From Neoechinorhynchus agilis (taxonomy: Eukaryota; Animalia; Acanthocephala): a stretch of DNA of 64,000 bases. Position 1 is the stretch's first letter. Each line of letters begins with the position of its first letter. This document shows positions 50,828-61,600 of this stretch, one piece after another. The translations under genes were made by a program, and so were the position numbers. The notes below the pieces were generated by a model. It was not told where the DNA came from, made no database searches, and worked only from the letters and a program-made list of their open reading frames with translations. The DNA lies in the NCBI GenBank assembly GCA_051530055.1, contig CM121341.1, positions 11,262,784 to 11,326,783 on the forward strand. Reading direction: 5' to 3'.

Positions 50828-51080
50828 TTTGTTTTTAAACTGACACTTGGACGGTATGTTGTAATGATAAAGAACATCTTTGTTTTCGAGCTTTCGCCGA
50901 TTTAAGGACAAAAACATCTTTGCTTAAGTACACAGCGATTATTTCGGCTGTCAATGAACCTGCGTACCGATTATCTCGCTTCCTGGAGATGGCGATTAGC
51001 CCACAGCTTCAGATGACGAATAACGATTTTCTTTTTTTATCATTACAACAGCCCGCCACAGTGTCAATTTAAAACAAACC
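50828..51080. mobile_element. ~250-bp element with ~45-bp terminal inverted repeats
   Basis: GTTTTTAAACTGACACTTGGACGGTATGTTGTAATGATAAAGAA pairs imperfectly with TTTTTTATCATTACAACAGCCCGCCACAGTGTCAATTTAAAAC. Confidence 0.6.
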
Positions 51081-51634
51081 TTTTTATGATTTGAAAGTTT
51101 TTTCGATTTAATTATACTCGCAACATCAATCACGACCCAGCTCGCCGCGGGCTGAGGTCGTGCCTATAATGTTGGCAGTGTTCCCTCGCTGGACAGTCAT
51201 TATTCTGATATTAAAGTCTTGCTTTTTAACTGATACCTTTATAAAACTGCAAAACGTTTATAGACCCAATTTTGTGGTTATTTTATCCAAGAAGTGATGA
51301 CATTTTTCATATTAATGAATAGAATTACTGACAAATCCCAAAACATCGCAAAGCAATGATAACTATTTCGCTCGACAGTGTGCAATACATTTCGAAGATT
51401 TTTTACTTTGGATATCCAAATTTATAAAAAGCATTATTCAAGATCTCCCAAGTATGTTCTTAAAAGATCTTAGACAACCTTGGTTTAATTGTAACATATT
51501 TACATATGCATAATTATTTCAATAAATTAAAAATAGATTCTCGAAATGTCCGTGTTCATTTATTGCATTCGAAAGGAATATACAAGTTAAAGATTCAAAC
51601 CTTAAAGTCCATGGTAAGCATAGATGCACTTTTT

Positions 51635-54349
51635 CTACTTCATTGTACTTGGATCTTCTCGTCGTCGCTTATTTTGAAGATGTGAATGCTTATTTCGGAT
51701 TTCCTTTCGTTTTCTTTTTTTTGAAGGTTCACACTCAGGCGCCTTCTCATTAGAACTTTTGTCACCTTCTGTCCTTGAAATCGATTGCTCATTCTCACCT
51801 CCATCACTTTTGGAACGTTTCGGACTATTTGCGGTTTCTCGAGTTTCTGGAGAAGAATCAATCACTTCAATCACTTCTGGTGGGGTTTTATCATCGATGA
51901 CAATAAATTCCCGCCTATCATATGACCCTTGAATGATGGGCATGGAGCATTTTATATCGAACGTAAGCTGCGGAGTAGGAGATACCGCTGGTGCCAAATT
52001 CATGGATTTCCGAATGACGCTTCCAATTTTGTTTAATGCTTCTTTGAACATGTCCTTACAATTAACGTTCTTTTCGTTCAGATTCATCTCTCTAAAAACT
52101 GGTAGGAGACCAGAGGATAAAATGTCGAAACATGTGAAGTCCTGAGCTGTTATTTCACTTAAGACGAGTCGTACCCAATCTTCATTCGTAACGGCATGCG
52201 TATAATCCAATCCAAACGAAAGTTTGAAACACAACTCTTGGAGCATTTCTAGTATCGTTGTATTTTCTGGTTCCGTTTTTTGTTCACTTTTCTTTGTCGG
52301 AATGCTCTCGGTGTCATCTTCAGGGCATGATCGCTTTTTACCTTTCACGCTGTCGTCTTCTTTAGGCTTCATCTCAGTTAACGATTCGCTGTTGGCTTCA
52401 TTTGATATTGTTGGGCGTTTGGCCTCGGTCGCTTCATGAATTGAATCAATCTTCCTCTTCAGACTCGTCTCATGCATTTCCTTCCCTCGTGGTGCCAGAT
52501 TTTCACCGGTTGGCAGATTTTTTTCTGGTTCCGTTTTTTGCTCACTTTTCTTTGTCGGAATGCTCTCGGTGTCATCTTCAGGGCATGATCGCTTTTTACC
52601 TTTCACGCTGTCGTCTTCTTTAGGCTTCATCTCAGTTAACGATTCGCTGTTGGCTTCATTTGATATTGTTGGGCGTTTGGCCTCGGTCGCTTCATGAATT
52701 GAATCAATCTTCCTCTTCAGACTCGTCTCATGCATTTCCTTCCCTCGTGGTGCCAGATTTTCACCGGTTGGCAGATTTTTTTCTGGTTCCGTTTTTTGCT
52801 CACTTTTCTTTGTCAGAATGCGGACGGTGTCATCTTCAGGGCATAATCGCTTTTTACCTTTCACGCTGTCGTCTTCTTTAGGCTTCATCTCAGTTAACGA
52901 TTTGCTGTTGGCTTCATTTGATATTGTTGGGCGTTTGGCCTCGGTCGCTTCATGAATTGAATCAATGTTCCTCTTCAGACTCGTCTCATGCATTTCCTTC
53001 CCTTGTGGTGCCAGATTTTCACCGGTTGGCGGATTTTTTTCTGGTTCCAATTTTTGTTCACTTTTCTTTGTCGGAATGCGGTCGGTGTCATCTTCAGGGC
53101 ATAATCGCTTTCTACCTTTCACGCTGTCGTCTTCTTTAGGCTTCATCTCAGTTAACGATTCGCTGTTGGCTTCATTTGATATTGTTGGGCGTTTGGCCTC
53201 GGTCGCTTCTTGAATTGAATAAATCTTCCTCTTCAGACGCGTCTCATGCATTTCCTTCCCTCGTGGTGCCAGATTTTCACCGGTTGGCAGATTTTTTTCT
53301 GGCTCCGTTTTTTGTTCACTTTTCTTTGTCGGAATGCTCTCGGTGTCATCTTCAGGGCATGATCGCTTTCTACCTTTCACGCTGTCGTCTTCTTTAGGCT
53401 TCATCTCAGTTAACGATTCGCTGTTGGCTTCATTTGATATTGTTGGGCGTTTGGCCTCGGTCGATTCTTGAATTGAATAAATCTTCCTCTTCAGACTCGT
53501 CTCATGCATTTCCTTCCCTTGTGGTGCCAGATTTTCACCGGTTGGCGGATTTTTTTCTGGCTCCGTTTTTTGTTCACTTTTCTTTGTCGGAATGCTCTCG
53601 GTGTCATCTTCAGGGCATGATCGCTTTCTACCTTTCACGCTGTCGTCTTCTTTAGGCTTCATCTCAGTTAACGATTCGCTGTTGGCTTCATTTGATATTG
53701 TTGGGCGTTTGGCCTCGGTCGATTCTTGAATTGAATAAATCTTCCTCTTCAGACGCGTCTCATGCATTTCCTTCCCTCGTGGTGCCGGATTTTCATCGGT
53801 TGGCAGATTTTTTTCTGGCTCCGTTTTTTGTTCACTTTTCTTTGTCGGAATGCTCTCGGTGTCATCTTCAGGGCATGATCGCTTTTTACCTTTCACGCTG
53901 TCGTCTTCTTTAGGCTTCATCTCAGTTAACGATTCGCTGTTGGCTTCATTTGATATTGTTGGGCGTTTGGCCTCGGTCGCTTCATGAATTGAATCAATCT
54001 TCCTCTTCGGACTCGTCTCATACATTTCCTTCCCTTGTGGTGCCAGATTTTCACCGGTTGGCAGATTTTTTTCTGGTTCCGTTTTTTGTTCACTTTTCTT
54101 TGTCAGAATGCGGACGGTGTCATCTTCAGGGCATGATCGCTTTTTACCTTTCACGCTGTCGTCTTCTTTAGGCTTCATCTCAGTTAACGATTCGCTGTTG
54201 GCTTCATTTGATATTGTTGGGCTTTTGGCCTCGGTCGCTTCATGAATTGAATCAATCTTCCTTTTCAGACTCGTCTCATGCATTTCCTTCCCGTCCGGTG
54301 CCGGATTTCCATCGGTTGGCAGATTTTTGATTTGCTGATTGCTAGTCAT
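51635..54349 (-). CDS. Charged repeat protein with eight 86-aa tandem units and a short globular C-terminal region
   Basis: Uninterrupted ORF with the first ATG at 54349 (MTSNQQ). The 258-bp unit is repeated 8 times without a frameshift and is rich in KRK/KKR motifs. Confidence 0.8.
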   Translation of the reverse strand: MTSNQQIKNLPTDGNPAPDGKEMHETSLKRKIDSIHEATEAKSPTISNEANSESLTEMKPKEDDSVKGKKRSCPEDDTVRILTKKSEQKTEPEKNLPTGENLAPQGKEMYETSPKRKIDSIHEATEAKRPTISNEANSESLTEMKPKEDDSVKGKKRSCPEDDTESIPTKKSEQKTEPEKNLPTDENPAPRGKEMHETRLKRKIYSIQESTEAKRPTISNEANSESLTEMKPKEDDSVKGRKRSCPEDDTESIPTKKSEQKTEPEKNPPTGENLAPQGKEMHETSLKRKIYSIQESTEAKRPTISNEANSESLTEMKPKEDDSVKGRKRSCPEDDTESIPTKKSEQKTEPEKNLPTGENLAPRGKEMHETRLKRKIYSIQEATEAKRPTISNEANSESLTEMKPKEDDSVKGRKRLCPEDDTDRIPTKKSEQKLEPEKNPPTGENLAPQGKEMHETSLKRNIDSIHEATEAKRPTISNEANSKSLTEMKPKEDDSVKGKKRLCPEDDTVRILTKKSEQKTEPEKNLPTGENLAPRGKEMHETSLKRKIDSIHEATEAKRPTISNEANSESLTEMKPKEDDSVKGKKRSCPEDDTESIPTKKSEQKTEPEKNLPTGENLAPRGKEMHETSLKRKIDSIHEATEAKRPTISNEANSESLTEMKPKEDDSVKGKKRSCPEDDTESIPTKKSEQKTEPENTTILEMLQELCFKLSFGLDYTHAVTNEDWVRLVLSEITAQDFTCFDILSSGLLPVFREMNLNEKNVNCKDMFKEALNKIGSVIRKSMNLAPAVSPTPQLTFDIKCSMPIIQGSYDRREFIVIDDKTPPEVIEVIDSSPETRETANSPKRSKSDGGENEQSISRTEGDKSSNEKAPECEPSKKRKRKEIRNKHSHLQNKRRREDPSTMK
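52255..54325 (-). repeat. 258-bp coding tandem repeat x8
   Basis: ISNEANS(E/K)SLTEMKPKEDDSVKG occurs 8 times. The recurring antisense 73-aa ORFs are spaced 258 bp apart. Confidence 0.95.
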
Positions 54350-56242
54350 AATCTCTTTGGTGATGGTTGAACGCAAGCGCGTGTTGTACTAGAGGTTATC
54401 TACTCGCTTAGCGAGATTGCTCTTGAACAACCGCAAATCAACCAACAATTACTTGTTTGCGAGCGTCGTTCAATATTTTTGTGTTTATTGTTGTCCAATT
54501 AAGCAGCAAACACCTATGAGCCAATCAATGAATAATGAAAAACATACGTCGAAACGTACCGGCATTTAGGATAATCACTTGTTCAAACGTCATATAACTT
54601 TGAAATACTCTTGTACTCGATTGAACATACCGTTTGAATATATAATTTAACGAAAAGGCAATGATAAGAGTTACTCAACTACTTCTAGTAGCGTTAACAA
54701 ATCTAAGATAAAATCGCCGACTGTGATCGCTATCGGCAAAATTTCTATTCTGACTTCTCATAACAATCACACGAGAAAAATATATGAATGATGGACTTAT
54801 TCGGGTTTTGATAGTGAGAAAAATCTTGATTAACTGTCTAAAATGCCTATAAAGCAACTATTTAATGTAACAATCAGACGCAACTGACCGAAAAATCAAT
54901 ATTAGAACTTCTGTCAATTACTGAAGCTCGAATGCGTTTAGTCAAAGCTATCAGGCCCGAATGAGAGTGAAAAAGCAACTTGTCTATTGCAGTTTTAGGA
55001 TCCATTGAAGTCGCGAAAAGGGCGGAAGATCGAAAAAAGGAGAAGTACAAATGCCTCCCTGAGTTGTCAAACAAGGCTAAAAAGTGGCACAGCGACGACG
55101 GACTCCCGTGAAACCAACTACTTTTATTAGAGAATCATCTGTGCGATTAAGAAAGGGAAATTTTTGAGGATAAAAGTGTCACTACGTTCCCATTAATTTA
55201 TATCAGAAAACATATAAATTCCATTGGTATTTAATCTGCAGTCAGCACAAATTCTTTGAAAAATTAGATGGCACAAAATGATATATTTTTAGCTTCCATT
55301 CAGATAGTAGCTATTTACTGGATGAAATCATTATTCCATAAACTTAATCTTTTAATTCCTAATGATAAACTTGGCAGAATTTTAAACTCAATATTCCGTT
55401 AAAAAATGCCGTCATATTTATTGCGAAAGAGAGAATTAGTCGTTTTTGTGCTTTGAACCGATTTGGAAAAAAGAACTATTGAGATCGAAAAAGCGAAAAC
55501 TTGTTTGTTCTTAGCGGATTTGGAAAATTCTTCTCTTTTGATTTCTAAACATTTCAAAAACCCACACTGTGTGCGAAGTTGATAAACGATCCAGTTTGAA
55601 AGTGCAGAATCGTGTCAAGATCGACTTTTAAGTATAGCGAACATGCTGATGCATTAGAATTTTGCCTGTTGTATTGAATTTTTTTCGTTACTGGAAGTGA
55701 AAACGGATGTAAAATGCGCCATATTTTCCAAACTGTTTAAATTTTTTTGAATGTTCACGGCGTAGATTTGAGCGTGGTCAAAAGGGTGTCGCCTCCAATA
55801 CGACGTGAAGTTAAGTCATTTCGGACGATTTACAGCTTCTTTTCTTACTGAAATGTATCGGTTTTTAGTGATAGATAAATTTAAATTCCTACTAAGACCA
55901 GATTGTCAAAAATCACTAAGCAAACAGAACTTCGGTATCTCATGTGAATCGCTGGATTACTTTATACCGTTTAGCGATAACTGCTAGTTTTACTACTAGC
56001 AAAAAAGGTTGCGGGTATTTGTGGTTCTGACCTGGTTAGGAATCTACACTGGCGTTCAATAGAATTTCTGGCCAAAAACTTTAGAAACAACTGAAACCTT
56101 TATTAATTTCAAAGAAGGATAAGTTCACAGAAGCAGTGTCTTTGATGAACTTATATCACGTTTCCTTTTCCAACACAGCGCCACATACGTGATAAAACGA
56201 GCATATATGACCAAGCAAATTTCGTTTTCGACTTTTTCATAA

Positions 56243-56639
56243 ATGCCATATCCGAGTTTTAGTAGCAAAATGAGCAATGATAGTTCCTACCAGGGTACAG
56301 GAAGTCATTCATTTCGGCAAAAGACCCCGATGGCTCTAATAATTGAAATGGACGACTACCGCCGGTCTCAACGGCTGAATCGAACTCATCGTGTAAGACA
56401 CAACGGAACAACAGCTATGCGATTACAGAAAACAACACGATTCTAGAACACTTAAAGAATCGCGTTCCATAAAAACAGGACGGGCGATCAGATCCATGAA
56501 ATACATAACAAAAACGACGAGTGCAACGGATGTGATGGTTTTTATCACGTCTCTCATCTCGCTCGTGATACTTGTGCTCACCATCTTCACACTTATTAAA
56601 GCAATCCAAATCAAAATAATGTTAAATTCAAAGAATTAA
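56243..56639 (+). CDS. Possible small tail-anchored membrane protein
   Basis: An ATG ORF (56243) and an overlapping second frame ending in VMVFITSLISLVILVLTIFTLIKAI...KN*. They can be joined only through a very short 22-nt gtaaga...aacag intron. Confidence 0.25.
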
Positions 56640-57460
56640 AGGTTCTTCTTTTTGGAGAGTTTCCTTGATCGTTGAGACAGCATGTGACCGTACATTGTTG
56701 GGAAGACTATTTTTTTAAAGTAGGTGAAATTGAGACATATATCAGTCGAAAGTAATACTAACGTAAGGCGTATATCCCAAACACCAACGGAAGGATGAAC
56801 GATGCGTCCAGTGAAATATTAAGGGAATTCGGGAGTTGATAGGATACGGAACGACACCATTGCTCTCCTTCTTTTGTCTTTAATACCAAGTAAAAAGATC
56901 GACCTATAACATTGAGTTCTGATAAGACACCGACGGGATAAAGAACCACGAATAAAGAGTATCTGAATGAGCAAGATTGATTTTTTTACCATTTACTAAT
57001 CGCAGACTCACCTTAGCCACTCGAGGAATCCAGGACATCGCTTAATCAATGTCATCGTGTAAAACAAATATCGACAAAGATCTGCCATCGTCCAGGTCAA
57101 CACTATTCCGCAGATTCCATAGCATTTCACAACCCATGTACAATGCATTATTTACGCCATTGGCACATTAGTAAAATCAATACCTCTTTTTCAATCAATG
57201 AATGGTTTAAACCACCCAAGAGACCACATGCAATAAAGTTTCGAGACAAAAGTTGAATTCCGGTTATTAAAGGTCTCGACGACGTAAATCGGAACACTGC
57301 ATGAGCGACCTTAGATGCAAGTGAGACAATTTTTAAGATCAATATATTTCTGTGTAATTAAGGAACTGACAAACCTCGACTAAGGCTACAAGCTGTGCCA
57401 TTTTGACCATTGAGCCAATTTCATCGTACATCCGGACATAGATTGGCTTGTAGTTTAATG
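56636..57460 (-). CDS. Very-long-chain 3-hydroxyacyl-CoA dehydratase (HACD/PTPLA family); 5' end unresolved
   Basis: YDEIGSMVKMAQLVALVE|VAHAVF...QLLSRNFI...LTWTMADLCRYLFY...EWLR|YSLFVVLYPVGVLSE...|FPTMYGHMLSQR. It has three GT-AG introns plus a non-AG interruption at ~57105-57172. Confidence 0.88.
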
Positions 57461-58659
57461 TTTGTGGTTGTTTAAAACTTAGAATTGCCTTGTAAAGAAT
57501 GTGGATGTGCCTGTTAAATTTAATATAAATGAGGTTACAGGCGACGTTTACGAATAAAGGCATCGAAATCGTTTCTGCATTTTGCTTTGAGAAGGTTAAG
57601 TTCATGTTGCGCTCAATGTTTTCGAACAAAAGATGCTTCAATTATTTTTAAAGAATGCGTCGACCAATTACGGTGTTTAAGAATCGATTCGCAAAAAATG
57701 GCGTTATTTTAGCTATTCAAAGTTGAACTTTATCCAAAAACCGGACATAGTCGAAACATCTACATCCATTTTACAATGGTTACCAATATAAAAAGGGAAA
57801 AATAACAGACGTAATCGAAAAGAGACGTCCCGCACCTTAAATTCTAGAAACTCTAAGATGGCACTTTTCTGTGAGTCATGTAAGTAAATTCATCACAAGA
57901 TGTAAAGCGCACATCAATACATTCGTAAGCGAACGAAAAAGTTTACGCTACTTTAAATTTATGTTTACTCCAAGATTTGCATCCATAGAATGGGGTTCGC
58001 TAATTATACATTTTGATTTCTACTTAAATGACAACGACTAAATTAAAGGCAAATAAAAAGAATAAAATCTGATGAAATTTGGCAATTTTTTGTTTTAATA
58101 AATTGGCGTGTTAATTCGTTTAGGTGATATTCATATTTAGCCTTCTGTACAATGAACATTTCTCGAATCGGCAACCACAACTTAAAACCTGGATTATAAT
58201 AACAAAAATTAAAAACTTGTAAAATCGTGAATGATTTTTTTCGATAGCAGAATAAACGGGCATAATTTAATGCTTAGAAGTGTACTATAATTTTAAAAAT
58301 AATTCGAAAAACACATACCATATCGACATCATCAAATTGTACCAAACTAAGTAAGTCTGAATTGTCCTTGATCTCGAGACCTTCATCGAATATGACACAC
58401 AAAAATATGCAATCTAGAAAAATTACAAAAGATACTAAATCGAAACGAAAAATTGTGCACTGAAGCCCAAGAGAATCAAAAACGTTCATGCTCAAAAAAC
58501 CAAAAAAGTACACCTTTTATGAATGACGTCAATACATAACCTAAAATGCTGTAAGGATATTCTAATCGATTTCAGCTTTTTCAAAAATCATCAACATTTC
58601 AAGGACGTCATTCATCCTCAAACTATAAGAAACCAGATACAACCGTCTGACCACAAAAA

Positions 58660-61600
58660 TGAATAAATTTTATATTGGCGATGAACGCAAACGGTAATAA
58701 ACGAATCTGAATAGATTAATATTTAAAATGACGTCACGAATGAATAAATCCCATATTGGCAATGATCTTAAGCCGTATTGATCGAATCTGAATAGAACAA
58801 TATTCAAGATGACGTTACGAATGAATAAATCCCCAATTGGCAATGATCTTAAGCCGTATTGAACGAATCTGAATAGAACAATATTTAAATTGACGTCAAG
58901 AATGAATAAATCCCGCATTGGCGACAAACATAAACGGCAATAAACGAATCTGAATAAAATAGTATTTAAAATGACGTCACGAATGAATAAATCTCCAATT
59001 GGCAATGATCGTAAGCCGCAATAAACGAATCTGAATAGAACAATATTTAAATTGAAGTCACGAATGAATAAATCCAGAATTGGCAATGATCTTAAGCCGT
59101 ATTGAACGAATCTGAATAGAACAATATTTAAATTGACGTCAAGAATGAATAAATCCTCAATTTGAGATAAACTCAAACAGTAATAAACGAATCTGAATAG
59201 AATAATATTAAACGTGACGTCACGAATGAATAAATCCCCAATTGGCGATGAACACAAACGGTAATAAACGAATCTGAATAGAATAATATTCAAGATGACT
59301 CCATGAAGGATTAAATCCCCAATTGGCAATGATCGTAAGCCGTAATAAACGAATCTGAATAGAACATTATTTAAATTGACGTCAGGAATGAATAAATCCC
59401 CAATTGGCAATGATCTGAAGCCGTATTGAACGAATCTGAATAGAACAATATTTAAATTGACGTCAAGAATGAATAAATCCCCAATTTGAGATAAACCCAA
59501 CAGTAATAAACGAATCTGAATAGAATAATATTAAACGTGACGTCACGAATGAATAAATCCCCAATTGGCGATGAACACAAACGGTAATAAACGAATCTGA
59601 ATAGAATAATATTCAAGATGACTCCATGAAGGATTAAATCCCCAATTGGCAATGATCGTAAGCCGTAATAATCGAATCTGAATAGAACAATATTTAAATT
59701 GACGTCACGAATGAATAAATCCCCAATTGGCAATGATCTTAAGCCGTATTGAACGAATCTGAATAGAACAATATTTAAATTGACGTCAAGAATGAATAAA
59801 TCCCCCATTGGCGACAAACATAAACGGCAATAAACAAATCTGAATAAAATAGTATTTAAAATGACGTCACGAATGAATAAATCAGAAATTGGCAATGATC
59901 GTAAGCCGTAATAAACGAATCTGAATAGAACAATATTAAACGTGACGTCACGAATAAATCCCCAATTTGAGATAAACTCAAACGACAACAAACGAGTCTG
60001 AATAGAATAATATTAAACGTGACGTCACGAATGAATAAATCCTAAATTGGCGATAAACTCAAACGGCAATAAACGAATCTGAATAGAATAATATTAAACG
60101 TGACGTCACGAATGAATAAATCAGAAATTGGCGATGAACTCAAACCGTAATAAAAACATATTTGAATGGAATAATATTTAAAATGACGTAACGAATGAAT
60201 AAATCCCATATTGGCAATGATCTTAAGCCGTATTGAACGAATCTGAATAGAATAATATTCAAGATGACGTTACGAACGAGTAAATCCCCAATTGGTGACA
60301 AACACAATCGATAATAAGCGAGTCTGAATAAGATAATATTCAACGTGACGTCACGAATGAATAAATCCTCAATTGGCGATGATCGTAAGCCGTAATGAAC
60401 AAATCTGAATAGAATAATATTAAATGACGAATAATCCCATTGACAAAAACGACGAATAGAATATTATAGTGACGTCACGAATGAATAAATCCTCAATTGG
60501 CGATAAACTCAAACGGCAATAAACGAATCTGAATAGAATAATATTAAACGTGACGTCACGAATGAATAAATCAGAAATTGGCGATGAACTCAAACCGTAA
60601 TAAAAACATATTTGAATGGAATAATATTTAAAATGACGTAACGAATGAATAAATCCCATATTGGCAATGATCTTAAGCCGTATTGAACGAATCTGAATAG
60701 AATAATATTCAAGATGACGTTACGAACGAGTAAATCCCCAATTGGTGACAAACACAATCGATAATACGCGAGTCTGAATAAGATAATATTCAACGTGACG
60801 TCACGAATGAATAAATCCTCAATTGGCGATGATCGTAAGCCGTAATGAACAAATCTGAATAGAATAATATTAAACGTGACGTCACGAATAAATCCCCAAT
60901 TTGAGATAAACTCAAACGACAACAAACGAGCCTGAATAGGATAATATTATACGTGACGTCACGAATGAATAAATACTAAATTGGCGATAAACTCAAACGG
61001 CAAAAAACGAATCTGAATAGAATAATATTAAACGTGACGTCACGAATGAATAAATCAGAAATTGGCAATGATCGTAAGCCGTAATAATCGAATCTGAATA
61101 GAACAATATTTAAATTGACGTCACGAATGAATAAATCCCCAATTGGCAATGATCTTAAGCCGTATTGAACGAATCTGAATAGAACAATATTTAAATTGAC
61201 GTCAAGAATGAATAAATCCCCCATTGGCGACAAACATAAACGGCAATAAACGAATCTGAATAAAATAGTATTTAAAATGACGTCACGAATGAATAAATCA
61301 GAAATTGGCGATGAACTCAAACCGTAATAAACATATTTGAATGGAATAATATTTAAAATGACGTAACGAATGAATACTCAAACCGTAATAAAACATATTT
61401 GAATGGAATAATATTTAAAATGACGTAACGAATGAATAAATCCCATATTGGCAATGATCTTAAGCCGTATTGAACGAATCTGAATAGAATAATATTCAAG
61501 ATGACGTTACGAACGAGTAAATCCCCAATTGGTGACAAACACAATCGATAATAAGCGAGTCTGAATAAGATAATATTCAACGTGACGTCACGAATGAATA

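Noticed and set aside
52224-54171. Repeated 73-aa plus-strand ORFs
   Set aside because: They are antisense shadows of the 258-bp coding repeat and use non-ATG starts.
54874-55074. BORCS7-like IALTK segment
   Set aside because: The match is limited to a few residues and the downstream exon options do not continue the similarity.
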